Shown here: positions 30,026 through 44,266 of the stretch, piece after piece
How the letters are laid out: the number at the start of each line of letters is the position of its first letter
Numbering within the stretch: the stretch's first letter is position 1
DNA from: Chrysomallon squamiferum
Lineage: Eukaryota; Animalia; Mollusca
NCBI GenBank assembly: GCA_012295275.1
Contig: CM022668.1
Span: 15,438,001-15,502,000, forward strand
Reading direction: 5' to 3'
DNA: 64,000 nt
Program-made: the position numbers and the translations under genes
Notes under the pieces: generated by a model
Database searches by the model: none
What the model was told of the DNA's origin: nothing
What the model saw: the letters and a program-made list of their open reading frames with translations, nothing else

Positions 30026-31255
30026 TGGATCCAGTTATCTATCAATCTAAACATATATATCTGTGTCTGAACGTATCTACGTTTCTCTGGGTTCGAGTCG
30101 ATATTCATTGACTTTAATCTCTAAACAATGCTTACGTCTTTTAATTTGAGCGTGACCACTTTAGGGTTAAATCCATTTTAGCCATCTGTAGACGTACCAC
30201 GTTTTAACAAGATAAATGAAGACGTCGTTTCAGACGTTGTCCCACACACACACACCAGACCGTTTCTGACACGGAGCTTAACGTCTTCTAGTAACTCCGC
30301 TTCAAAACGCTGATCTGAGACAAGAAACTCTCACGGCTCTGTAGCTTTTAACAAAACAAAACAGAGTAAAATTACAGCGTTCCACACAACATCTCCCTTG
30401 TTCTTCTCGTATTCTCCGATTTCAGATTATTACGAAAATCCACACGACTTCACAAGAAAAAAAACTCAGGTGAAGCATGGATAATTAGACTTGTCATATA
30501 GTTCCATATATAATATTATAGATTTTGTAAAATTTAAAGTTGGTGTAATTAAGGTCGTCGTTTTGTTGACTATGGATTATTGTTTGTTTTCGTCCTAATT
30601 CGTACACTTAATGTCAGTTTGAATACGAGTGTACACAAACGTTAATTATCGCTTCGGTAGTAATTCGTATATTAATTACCGCGTTAACGCTAATACGTAC
30701 AGACCTACTATTTGATCTGCATTCTTGTATCAAACTGGGCTGTTGTTAAGTATTTATTCAGAAGCTTTGAATTCCATTTTGCTCATTGCTTGGCAGGTAG
30801 TCTCTGTTATTCTGTTGTTGGTACTCGACCTCCTAAATTATTATTTTGTGCGAATGAATATGGGTCAGGATTTTAATTTGTTTTCTTTGTGATTTTTGTT
30901 TTTGTTTTTTGTTGTTTTTTAAATAAAAGGTTGAAGTGGTTTGAAAGAACATTATATTACTTGTTGTTACTTGTTGGTACTTCGTTCATTCGTTCGTTCG
31001 TTCGTTCGTTCGTTCGTTCGTTCATTCATTTATATATATATAAAGTTCCCGTTTTATATAAATTAGTTTTTGTTCAGTATAGGCATTGTTTAATTAATTA
31101 AATGTTAATGGGATTATCATTATTATCAGAAGTAGTTTTGTTAATATCAGTTATTGTTGTTGTTGCTGCTGCTGCTGTTGATTTTATTACGATTATTGTT
31201 GCTGTTATTTTGTTATTGTTGTTGTGGTTGTTATGGTTCCTGTTGTTTTCGCTGA

Positions 31256-31289
<34 letters not shown>

Positions 31290-31923
31290 GCTCCTGTTGA
31301 CAGTTTATTTCAAACCATGGTCCACATTTTATTTTAACAGTTTCAGACGTGTACCAAACCTTATACAAAACCTTGTTTATGTATATGGTTGAAGTTTAAT
31401 TTACATGTCTTTCATCTGACTACAGTCCTCTTAGTATGTTTTCAATGAGGTTTATTTATGCAATAAAAACCACATAATGTCCGGGTCACCTTAACTTGGT
31501 ATAGGATAAGTGGTCTGTCTTTCTCTCTTTTTTGTATTCCAGTTGTTTTATTTTTATGTTTGTACTGTTTTATTTTTAATGATTTTTATTTAATGTTCTT
31601 TTCTTTTCTTCTTTCAAGTTATTCTCTAGGTCCCTGTATAAAATATACGTAGTTATTATCGTAATTATAATATATTCAGAACACAATTAGATTTCTAGGC
31701 GGTTTTTTGGTTTTTTTTTTTTTTTTTTTCTCCTCTAAGGTATGACAGGCAATATATTTTACCTGATATATAATCTTGTAACAAGAAAAAATATGTATAT
31801 AAGGACGAAAAGATAACATAACAAAGAAACAAGTAAGGACATATTTTTTTAATAATTTGTTTATGGTTTTCTGGTTTATTTGGCCTGACCGTCCAGGAGA
31901 TTTTCTCAATGTATGGATTTAGC

Positions 31924-31958
<35 letters not shown>

Positions 31959-33274
31959 TTGTATGCCTGTTGTCATTCTGAATTCGGATACCTACGTGTC
32001 TGTTTATTGTTTAAAGACTTTTTTTTTTTCTTTTTTTTCACATACGTAACTTCAAAACTGACCGGCAGATTTATGTATGTATAAAACCTCCATCAATCTG
32101 TCTGTCTTATCTGTTATTGATTTATGTATCTTAAATCATATGCAAGACACTTCATCCACGAATGTAAAAGTTTTATAAGGCCCTTATAGGATTAGTTTGC
32201 ACTTTCGTCAACGTATTTATTGCCAAAACGAAGATGTTAACATTGTCATAGCTGAGAAAATGATTAGTACAGTGGCATCTAGGAATTTGCATCGTTTTGC
32301 ATTTAATTATGTTATAAGAGATTTTTTCTAGAGATTTTTCAGAAAACGAAAATTAAGTTTGGAAAAAGAGGAAGAACAACAAAAAATAAGTATAAATAAA
32401 ATAAAATAATCGTAGCAAATTAAAACTAAGTAAAACTAATAATAATAATAATAATAATAAGAGCAGTAATAACAGTGAATAATAATAACAACGACGACGA
32501 CAACAACAACAACAACAACAGTAGTAGTAATATTAGTAACAGCTGTTGTTGTTATGAATATTACGTTAACAACGTTGGCAATGAGAAACAATTTGGTGCA
32601 CAGCAACCAAAAGATAATAGCGTTACTTGCAGGTCACGTGCTATATTTGTCTTGTTTAACTAGTACACAGACGTGAAGTAGACATTTTCAAACCTGGTTC
32701 AGGAAATATTTACTCAGAATCTAACTGATTTTCTGACGTATCTGCCGAAACGAGGCTTAGGGGATTACGTATTCATTGCGCTAGACTTGCTCTAGTCATT
32801 TTTTAATTTTTTTTTAAATAAATAAAATAAATACCAGTCTAGTTGTATTATAAGGCTCGTTATAACGAGTATTTTTCATTTAATTAAATTAATTTATTAA
32901 TTTATTTATTTATTTATTTATTTATTATTCCACGTAATTTAAAACACTACTGAGAATTTAACAACTGCGGCAGTTATATGTTTTCAAGTCATATAATAAG
33001 ACTGTAATTAAATCAGAACAAGAACAAAAAAATTTTTAAAAAAAATAGAATAAATTTTAAATTTAAATAAATAATTGCCTTCTCCGCTTACAGGTAGATA
33101 TGCAGGTCCGTTGGTGTATTGCTTTACATACCTGTGTATCCTAGATTTTTATCAGGTACTTAATCTAAAGTATTAAATATTCACTGAAAACGTTATAAAT
33201 AAAAATGGTCAGTTAACTGACTTTTATAAAATTACAAAAATGAATCTCTTCTCTTCTCTCTGTCTACACCAAAA

Positions 33275-33490
33275 TGAAAAATCTACTCGATCAAAGTTAC
33301 TTTGTACCCCAAAACTAAAATCTACAGAACTACATTAAGTGTCTTCCCCAGAATAAATTCCACTGTAAATTCAAAGTAACTGTTTACCCGAAAACAGAAT
33401 CTACTGAATCAAAGAAATTATCTATCCCGAAGTAAAATCTACTGAATCAAGGTAACAGTCTACTTTAAAATAAAATATACAGGATCACAC
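33275..33490. repeat. Degenerate short tandem repeat (core aaaatctactgaatcaaagtaac)
   Basis: Several diverged copies lie just upstream of the 33.7-kb CpG island. Confidence 0.6.
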
Positions 33491-34138
33491 ATCTCAAAAC
33501 AAAATATACAGAGAGACACAGTGTTAAAAAAACAACAAAAGCTAGCAGTGAAAACGAAAAAAAAAAAAAAAAAAAATCACTAATTTCAGACTATCTAAAT
33601 ACAGTCAACTGAAATTTGAACCACGTTATAATTACTTCTGATACCTCATTATCGCTTTGATGTAGATGTTTGTTCCGGTTGTCGTAGTAAACTGTCGTCG
33701 ACGTGACCACGTAGGTGTTGCGGAATGTCGAAATTTCGGTTTGTTTACCGAAGAGGGTGTGCTATCTTGAGTACACCACTCCAGTTGAGAATTCTTATTT
33801 ATTAACTCACCGGACACCCGGGACTGAAATCTGCTACAAAATGATCGGATTTCTTCATTCTACGATGATTTATTTACCAGACAAAAGTTTTAAAGTTTAT
33901 TTTAAAGTGTAGATAATCTGGAGAAAATAGTGGTGGATATATATATTCAGTGAATATATATATAAAAAAATTTCAGTTCCGGAGAGTGAGAGAGGGGAAA
34001 AAAAAAAAATCACAACATCATCATTATATTTTCAGTTTAATATTGTTTCAGAGTTTCGTGGATTTAAACTTTTTTTTTTTTTTTTTTGTTTAATCTTCTG
34101 GAAGTTTCAGATACAGTAAATCTTTCTGCTCGTTCGCC

Positions 34139-34146
34139 ATGGGAAT
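34139..34146 (+). CDS. Coding end of candidate innexin upstream exon C (ATG GGA AT), giving N-terminus MGMGISDVL
   Basis: cgttcgccATGGGAAT|gtaagt has an optimal Kozak context, a consensus donor at 34147-34152, and phase 2 matching the main exon. The 5' boundary is uncertain: its own promoter near 33700-33975, or an acceptor at 34110. Confidence 0.75.
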
Positions 34147-34507
34147 GTAAGTATATTTAGTGAAATTTATCGCTGTTTTCTGTGGTGTTTTTATCTGAGA
34201 TTTCACACATGAGTCGATGACAAAGAAAAGGAAATAAATTTTTGTTTTAATGGTTGCCCGGTCAAGCCATTATAACAGAATTATTATGTAGGTCAGTGTG
34301 TGGCAAAATCCTTCAGTGCTTTATAATTCTGATAACTGGACCCTTAATATTAGTCTGGGCATCTCTTTGGTGGTCATTTATTGAAATAAAAAAAATGTCT
34401 CGAGGATTAAATTAAATTGGTAATTGCTGAAACTTGCCTTTATGAGGTTATCTACCATAAAAAGAATGTTAGTAAAAATGTGCAGCTCACAAACACGTAC
34501 AAACAAA

Positions 34508-34620
<113 letters not shown>

Positions 34621-34995
34621 CTCTCTCTCTGTATATATATATATATATATATATCCTGTCTTTCTCGTAATATACAAACTTCATAATTTACATTACAAAT
34701 TCTTTCCTAACACAGAGCTATTAACGACACTAAGACTTCATGCCCTTGGGGGGCATACCGATAGCAGATAAACCTATAGACACCAAACTGTTTCACGCGT
34801 TTATGCGTGTCACGTGTCTACAACTGACGTAACACGTGACGGAACATGAAGGATAACTCGTAAATCATAACTATGAACTTTACTTGAATGAAGGAAGTGA
34901 TTTTGGGATTATACAACAGTTTAAAGTCTTGACCTCGATAAGCTCATTTATGTTGTGAAGGAAGTATGTACTAAAATACGTATGTACGTACGTAA

Positions 34996-35030
<35 letters not shown>

Positions 35031-35354
35031 ATTATTCACTACAATAGTCCCGGTTTTCATTATCATTTCTGTTATCGTCACCACTTTTATTACTATTCCA
35101 CAGTTACTATTACTATTACTATTACCATTTATACTACCCTCATCACCATTACTTTTACTATTACTACTTCTGCTGTTATTGTTTCTACTACGTCTGTTAT
35201 TACTTTTACTACTACTACTGCTACTGCTATTGTTTCCACTACTTCTACTGATATTGCTACTACTACTTCTACTGATATTGCTACTACTACAACAACAACA
35301 ACAACTATTACTGCTAATAATAATAATACTAATACTGCTACTGTAATTGCCTAT

Positions 35355-35840
35355 AACTGTCATGGTCTTACACAGAATATAAATATGGTATAATTGTATG
35401 TACAAAACGTAATTTAAATATCTAAATGTATAATCATTGTTAAATATGATGTGATTTGTTACAAAATGTCTGTACTATAAATAATTTAAACATCATGTTC
35501 TTACACAGAAATATCGTATAATCTATTACAAACTGTCTGTATAACAAATAATTTAAATATCATAGCCTTAAACCGAAATATTCTATATTCTATATTCTGT
35601 TTCTAACTGTCTCTACAACAAATAGTTTAAATGTCATGGCCTTAAACCGAAATATGAAAAAAAATAATCTATTATTAATTGTCTGTGCAACAAATAATTT
35701 AAACTCTGTATGATCTGTTAAAAACTGTCTTTACAACTAATAATTCAAATATCGTAGCCTTGCATATATTGCAAATCCGATGTTCCCTGTTATAACCTAT
35801 CTGTAACACAAATAATTAAAATACCGTGGCCTTAAAATAC
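35355..35840. repeat. Degenerate ~70-bp minisatellite
   Basis: Recurring aactgtctgtacaacaaataatttaaatatcatggccttaaaccgaaatat variants. Confidence 0.75.
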
Positions 35841-36045
35841 GATATAAAAAAAAAAAAAAGAAATTATCCTCGTGACATTTCGCCAGATGCTGGTCGTGAA
35901 CGATGACTGATTGTTGCTTTTATGCTTGCTTGTTGTTTCCGCCTCGCTGAACATTAACTGTTGCTTCTGCTGAGAATCAAGTTTAACCTCGAAATTTTTT
36001 AACCTCGAAATTTTCTTCTGTTTTTTTTTTTAATTATTGTTATGT

Positions 36046-36092
<47 letters not shown>

Positions 36093-36575
36093 GCAGTTGT
36101 AAGAAAATTGCAATAGTTTGTAACACAGACGCTTGATTTCACATACTTTCCTGTCATATAGTGTTTATTAACATTTGAAAGAAAATAATTCATTAATTGT
36201 TAATTCCATTCTAATTGGGTTCAGAGACGATTAAAACCGCGCCAGTCTGAAAAACAAAACAATTATTTTGATTCTGCCTTGCACGCCAGACTCCATCCAT
36301 ATATGTTTCAGCTGCTTTTATAAACAGGAAAATAGGCCCGCCCAAATAGCAATAGCAGACGACATTCCACTATTTAAAAAAAAAAAGAAAAAAAAGAGTA
36401 GAATAAAGGAAAAATCGCAGATAATGACTGTTGTACTCGGACACCATTCCCACGCAGACATTTTCTCTGTCGAGTCAGTAGTTGTGTCAAGTACTTCCGG
36501 GTCATTCGTGACGTAGATGTACTTTGAAATTGTTTTAATCTGGATATGTCTTAGAGGCCACTGTAGATGGGCTGC

Positions 36576-36627
<52 letters not shown>

Positions 36628-37008
36628 GGACAGTTTTATTTATCTATTTTATTTATTTATTCATTTATTTATTCATTTTTATTTTTATTTTTATTTTATT
36701 TTTTTTTATTTTATTTTTTGATTGGTATCTTGATCTAACCGTGCAATCTATTTTATTTTGCTGCAGTATTCTGATTTTTATTGTTTTATTATATCTTTTT
36801 TTATTTTATTTTATTTTATATATATTTTTTTTTTTACGCATAAATCATCGCTCCTGTCACTTTTATTGTAAATCGTATTCGCTGAGTCAGCAAATTAATA
36901 AACAAATATGAAGGTAATGATAAAAACGTGTTCAGAGAAAGGCACCTACTGCATTCAGTAATTGACCTAATGCATATGTGTGACATATGCCGTAAAATAA
37001 ATAGATTA

Positions 37009-37100
<92 letters not shown>

Positions 37101-37231
37101 GGGGGGCAACAAATAGACAAATAAAAATAAAATAAAATAAAATAAATAAATAAAATAAAAAAAAAAATAAATGAATAAATAAAAAATAAAAAATAAAAAA
37201 AAAACTAATCCAGTTTAAATATAAATATTAA

Positions 37232-37298
37232 AAGTGGTCACAATAGGGAATTTCGTCCACCCTTGTTCTTAGGGGTGTTTCTGGAAGGTCCAGCGATG
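37232..37298 (-). repeat. Right arm of the inverted repeat
   Basis: aagtggtcacaatagggaatttcgtccacccttgttcttaggggtgtttctggaaggtccagcgatg. Confidence 0.85.
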
Positions 37299-37574
37299 AT
37301 GAACATTTTTGTTAACGTATAAAAATAACTGTGATTTCGACGCTTAAAAATTTCCGTCCGAAATTTAAAATTTAAATAATACACCAATATTATTCAAGCA
37401 CTTGTACAGCGACTTTCGACCTTTGGCCTCTTGTTTCACCTGTACGTTTCAAGTGGGTGTTGTTGTGTGATAGTGTTGTGTACATAAAGGAAGATATCAG
37501 ATATGAAAAACTACCATTAACCTGAAATCAGGCCTGGTACGCCATTTATCATATGTCATACATAAATACATAAA

Positions 37575-37932
<358 letters not shown>

Positions 37933-38351
37933 TGTGTGTGTTCAACTTGTCTTTATTTTATTTGCCACCTATTCAGGAACTTAATTCAATTACAAGAAAT
38001 GTTTTTTTTTTTTCTCTCTCTCTCTGAAATCGAAAACGTATGTTTGAACCGTCGCTTTAATTATATATATATTTCTTCTGCATGGTATAACATTCACTTA
38101 AGTGGTCGTGCTAGCTATTATGACATCTGTTAAATCTTTATACTGTTTGCTTTCCCGTGCAGAAATATTTCTGCTCTGTCGAGTGACGTTTATATTATTT
38201 TCTTATGACTTGTTTTGTGCGAAGTAGTATCGTGTATATTTCATCTACAATGCATGTCAGTTGCTTTGATCAATTTCTATGGAATGAAATTGACAGCAAG
38301 ATATAATAGGCTGTGTAGATTGGTTTTGTGTCCTCTTTAGTTATAAAATGT

Positions 38352-38421
<70 letters not shown>

Positions 38422-38548
38422 TTTTCCTGTTCTAGAATGTTTAGAATCGTTTACTTATTTATATATTTTAAAATGAAATTTGTTAGTTTATTTAATTCTT
38501 CTTCTTCTTCTTCTTCTTCTTCTTCTTCTTCTTCTTCTTCTTCTTCTT

Positions 38549-38579
<31 letters not shown>

Positions 38580-39187
38580 TTATTATTATTATTATTTTAG
38601 TTACTGTTCTTATATTTTCAGTACGTTAAATTCTTTCATATAGTTATATATTTTTTTTTTTTTTTTTTTTTTTGTGTTCTTTTTGCCGTGTATTATATTT
38701 CAACGAAACCAACGAATGCACTGGCACGATTTACTGTAATACACATTCCTTTTTTTTTTTGTCTCTGTTTTCTTCTAAATGTCACGTGCTGCATGCAGCA
38801 GTTTCTGTGGGACACTGTAACCCAGTACGCGTGATTTCATGGTACGTTTTCAACCGATGTCGGAGGAGGTGAATGCGTGCGTCGTTTCGGTTGCGTTGTT
38901 TTTCGAATTAACACCAAAATTCTTAGCACCAGCTCGCTCTGTTTGTCTCTCTCTCTAAATTTATCTGTCCGTCTAGCTGTCGCTCTGTGTCTTCATGTGG
39001 TTCATTTTTCCATCTGTCTATCGCTCCATTTCTCCATATATCTCTCCCTCTCCGTCTATCCATCTCTAGCTCTACATCTAAATAACTATCTTACTTCTGT
39101 CGTTACTTATAGTGTTGTTTTTGTTGTGGTTGTTGTTCTTCTTCGTCTTCTTTTTTTTCTTCTTCTTCTTTTTCTTCTTCATCATCA

Positions 39188-39251
<64 letters not shown>

Positions 39252-39956
39252 AATTAATACTGCAATTCAGTCAATCTTTAAAAAAAAGAAAAGAAACTAT
39301 ATCCACATTTTTTCTTGTTTTTCTGGAACCGCCCCTCATCTACCATCATCTTTATCATAAATTTCTAAATCAAACGTTAGTTAACGCATGGATAAGCATT
39401 TGGGAAACGGCGCGCGTCTTCATCAAGTTTCTTTTTTTTACGCCTTGGAACTGATGGCCTGTTTTCATTGGCTAATTATGATGAAGTAAGACGTGACGGA
39501 CAAATGAAAACGTCTGTTACACGACGAAAGAGGATGGGCTGACAAAGAAGCAATTGTCCTGGGATTCTTGTTTTTCTTTTCTTACGACGTGACCCACATG
39601 GCAACACGAGCGACCCTGCACGTACAGTGACATCCACCACGACATCTTTTTGTTAGCAGGAAGAAAGATACGCTGACACTATTTCTGTCGGTTGAATAAT
39701 TTCTCCACGCAAATTTTTTTTATGCCTGTTTAGCACGAAATAAAATTTCGTTTAACAAAATCTTAGAAAGGAAAGGATTCTGATTCTTTGTTTTGAGTAA
39801 ACATGGGGCCCAATACAACCACTTTAATTATGATAAAATTAAGAAAGAAAATCTGAAATAATTATATTAATGTTTTCGTCATATTTCAAATAGAATGAGT
39901 TGTTATATTTAAAGGTATTCAACAAGATGCGCGCACACTTAGAAACAGATAGATAA

Positions 39957-40013
<57 letters not shown>

Positions 40014-40102
40014 CAGACAGATAGGCAGACAGACAGATAGATAGATAAACAGATAGATAGGTAGATAGAGAGACAGATATATAGATAGATAGATAGATAG
40101 AC

Positions 40103-40145
<43 letters not shown>

Positions 40146-42029
40146 TTAATTATTAACTTCAGTGGTTTCTCCTGAAAGTGATCTCCCAGAAAAAAAAAAA
40201 AAAAAAAAAAAAAAAATGGTTTTGGTTGGAACGGGATATATTTCAAAGATTGCACGGGAATACATCATACAACCAACAACAATAACAATAAATGTTATTG
40301 CTAATTACTTTACTTTATCGTGTATAAAAAGAAGTAAACAACAATAATGTGTATATGGCTGTACTATTACTTTTAGAAATAAATGTTTTTTTCTAATCGT
40401 TTCGCGTTATCGCGTACATTCAGTGGGAAGGGACACAAAACAAAGCCAGTAACTTTTGTCAAAAAACCAGTCTGGACAAATTCAGGATACTCGGTATCAT
40501 TACGTCGGAATAGCTTGTCAGTTTCCGTCCGCCTTCAGTGCGTTCGTATTATCTTACATACGTCCTTTTCGTTTCATAATCCACATAATTCATACATGCA
40601 GTACAACTCTGTTGTCGGTTGCACTCCGAGTCACTGTTGTGACGTCATAACGACTGTCGCGTATTAGTCATTTGCACTGATCTCCCCTTGCATATTATGG
40701 CATATTTTCTCGTTACATACGCACCTTAGAAAATCTTTGATCTTACAGTTACATACATTTGACATGAATATGATTGTAAACACTCCTTTCCCTGTCATTC
40801 TGTATATATATATATATATATATAAAGATATGTATTTAATTCTTATTTCAAACTTGTATACAATTGTGTATTGTAAGTAGTGAATAGATGAGTGTTGTCA
40901 CATATGCAATACTTGTTTACATGCCTGGTTTCTGTGTATTACAAAGTGAAAGAAATTTAGGGGTGTCGCGGTCCTCTGAAAAGAAAAAATTAAAATTTCT
41001 GTCGCGCCTTTTGTTTCCTTTGGCGAAATCTTTTTTTATTACGCATGAATGTAGTTTGTACAAAAAGTCCCTACAGACCTTTTAGAAAAATTTATATTTC
41101 GTTAACGTGTGGGAAAAGGCATTTTTAAAATTTTTATATTTATGTATACTTATATGTGAATGTATGTACATTACTGGTATTTCATTGTTTACACGTTCGT
41201 TTTCTGCAATAGGGTCTTTGTCAGCGTGCGTGCGTGCGTGTGTGTGTGTGTGTGCGTTTGTGAGTTGAGTTCTTTAGAAAGAACTGAAATATATTAACTG
41301 CTTCATAACAATTAGCATGATGATTTTTCACTCAGTCTTTCATTTTTATTAACTAATTCATCGACGACTGTCAGGTTTTATTATTACCCTGTTTCACAAG
41401 TTTCATATTGCTGAAAAGAAGTAAGAGCTATACGCATACAAAAGCACGCACACACGCACACACAGACAGACATGCACCGAACACTTTAAATCACAAATAA
41501 ATAAATACACATTTATGTATATATTTAAAAAGTTATAAGTTAAAAAACGCAATAAAATATAAAACAATAATATATCTCGACTATGTGACCATGCAAAAAA
41601 TTATTGTGCCATGTAAAAAAAAAAAAAAAAAAAAAAAAAATTTATCTCTGTGTTCCTTATTGTCAAGAAACAAACATAATACTTTGGCTATACGACGCTG
41701 TTTTAGATTATCACTCAACCGGATCTTTGAGTAAACTGAAAAGAATAAAAATATTTTTTTAAAAAATTCTGATACCCTGACTGTTATTAACAAAGATTTA
41801 AAAAGCTGATAGGTAGGGACCGATGAGAAAGAGTTTTGAAGAGTTGAACAGAAACGTGACAGAATCTGCGGCGGTTCTAGCGTTGATATGTACAGTCATG
41901 TCTTCTTCATCTTTTATTTTATTTTATTTATTTGTTTATTTAGTTAGCTAGTTAGTTAGTTATTATAGTTATTATGATGATTATTATTATTATTTATTAT
42001 TACTACTACTACTACAATTACCGCTACTA

Positions 42030-42087
<58 letters not shown>

Positions 42088-42643
42088 TATATACATACAT
42101 TCTTCTTTGTGTTTTCATTTATTTATCTATTTATTATTATTATTATTATTATTGAATGTGTGTGTGTGTTTGTGTGTGTTTGTTTTGTTGTTGTTGTTCT
42201 TGTTGTTGTTTTGGTTTTTTGATTTTCGACATATTTTTTTTCGATCTGTTATTTATGATAAAAATAATCTTTACGAAAGAGAAACCAGGACTGTGTAAAT
42301 AAAAAATAATTAAAAAAAGAGAATTAATAACAATAAGGCGGCTTAGTTTTAAAAAAGCACCATAAATCAAACAATAAGAATTAAAAAAACCACCGTTAAT
42401 TCTGTAAATTAAGTTAATTTTGTGCCGTTCTAAATGGTATCCAGTTACGTTACGACAGTAAGAAAAAAGAAATGAACAATGGTTAAATGTATTCTTGTCT
42501 TAAATCAAAGCCAAGAAAAAACTGTGGAATTCTTGAAGTCTGTCATATAGAATGTCTTATTGTGCAGTTTAGATAAATCCACATTGCATGCACACAGATA
42601 CAAATAAAGAAATACACAGATAGAGACAGAGACAGAGACAGAG

Positions 42644-42720
<77 letters not shown>

Positions 42721-42743
42721 AAGACAGAGACAGAGACAGAGAC

Positions 42744-42820
<77 letters not shown>

Positions 42821-43047
42821 CAGAGACAGAGACAGAGACGGAGAGACAGACAGACAGACAGACAGAATTATACAGGAATAGTCGAGAGATTCAGATATTA
42901 GCATTCTTTCATTTATTAATATTATTCCAGTTCACTAACCCATTAGAGAATGACTGACTTTACTAAATACGCTAAATAATAATTCATACATTATTGAGAA
43001 CTGTAATTAATAATGTTGTTATTTTTGTTTTTTTTTCTTGTTCACAG

Positions 43048-44266
43048 GGGAATCAGTGACGTGCTAAGCGGGGTTCCCTCGCTGAAGAAGCTGCAAGGAG
43101 CCAGCAATGACGACTGGATCGACCGCATCAACCACGTCTGGTCCGTCTTCATCCTGGCTCTGTTCGCCATCGTGGTGAGCACGGGTCAGTTCGGCGGCGA
43201 CCCCATCCACTGCTGGTGTCCCGCCGAGTTCACGGGCGCCTACGTCGACTACGCCAACTCGTACTGCTGGATCAAAAACACCTACTACATCCCCATGGAC
43301 ACGCCCATCCCCGTGGACCACCGGGAGAGGAGCTCGGAGGAGCTGACGTACTACCAGTGGGTGCCCCTCATCCTCCTCTTCATGGCGTTCATGTTCAAGC
43401 TGCCCAACATCATCTGGAGGCTGTTCAACGGGGGAGCAGGAATCAACATGGAGAAGATCGTCAACCTGGCGGAGAAGACGCAGCTGGGCTCGCCAGACGA
43501 GAGAAAGGAGACGATAGAACACATAGCCATCTACATGGACCGCTGGCTGGTCACCCACCAGAACTACCACTGGAACGCCGTTGTCCGCGCCAAGCAGAAG
43601 CTGGCGCGCGTCTGCTGCTTCTTCTGCAACAAGCGCGCCGGCACGTACCTCACCGCGCTCTACCTCTTCGTCAAAGTCCTCTACGTCGCCAACGTCATCG
43701 GCCAGTTCTTCCTCCTCAACGCCTTCCTCGCCACGGACTACAACATGTACGGCTTCGAGATCATGGACAAGATCTCGACGGAGGGCACGTGGAAGGAGTC
43801 GCCGCGGTTTCCGAGGATCACGCTGTGCGACTTCAAGATCCGCCAGCTGCAGAACATCCAGACGTGGACCGTGCAGTGCGTGCTGCCCATCAACCTCTTC
43901 AACGAGAAGATCTTCATCTTCATCTGGTTCTGGCTCGTCGTCGTCGCGGCGCTCACCTGCATCAACATGCTGTCGTGGCTGTACGCGGTGATGTTCAAGC
44001 GGAACCGCGCCGTCTACATCAAGAAGTACCTGAAGATCAGCAACGACCTGCACACGACCAGCGACAAGAGTCTGTGCGCCAAGTTCGCCAACGAGTACCT
44101 CCGCGACGACGGGGTCTTCGTCATCCGCGTCATTTCGAAGAATTCCACGGACCTGGTGGCCACGGATCTCATCAAACAGCTGTGGTCGATGTACAAGGAG
44201 AAGAAAGCGCTCAGGGGCAATGACAGTTACGAGCCGGGCGAAGAAGCTAAAGAAACTTTAGCGTAA
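43048..44266 (+). CDS. Innexin (pannexin/innexin family), main coding exon; 406 aa when joined to an AT-ending upstream exon (MGISDVLSGVPSLKKLQG...EEAKETLA)
   Basis: Translation shows innexin hallmarks: DDWIDRINH before TM1, EL1 cysteines (IHCWCP..YANSYCW), signature YYQWVP before TM2, EL2 FPRITLCDF..VQCVLPINLFNEKIF, LRDDGVFVIR tail motif and four hydrophobic segments. A polypyrimidine tract plus acceptor (ttttttcttgttcacag, AG at 43046-43047) sits inside the called ORF. The exon starts in phase 2 at G43048 and ends at TAA 44264-44266. Confidence 0.97.

Noticed and set aside
40830-40878. Donor tatt|gtaagt at 40872 as another innexin first exon
   Set aside because: It ends in TT, and the nearby ATG (40830) is phase 1, out of frame with the main exon.
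43013-43047. ORF-track start MLLFLFFFLVHR for the innexin
   Set aside because: This is the translated polypyrimidine tract and acceptor; the AT-to-GC composition switch occurs at the AG (43046-43047).
43064-44223. Long overlapping ORFs (329 aa antisense, 335 aa and 136 aa shifted frames) in the innexin exon
   Set aside because: These are expected shadows of extreme GC3 bias, which removes stops in those frames. The products are low-complexity with no recognisable domain.
43048-44266. Viral (vinnexin) or horizontally transferred origin of the GC-rich innexin
   Set aside because: There are no viral genes or integration signatures, and the exon depends on a spliceosomal acceptor and host upstream exons. 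A phylogeny would settle it.
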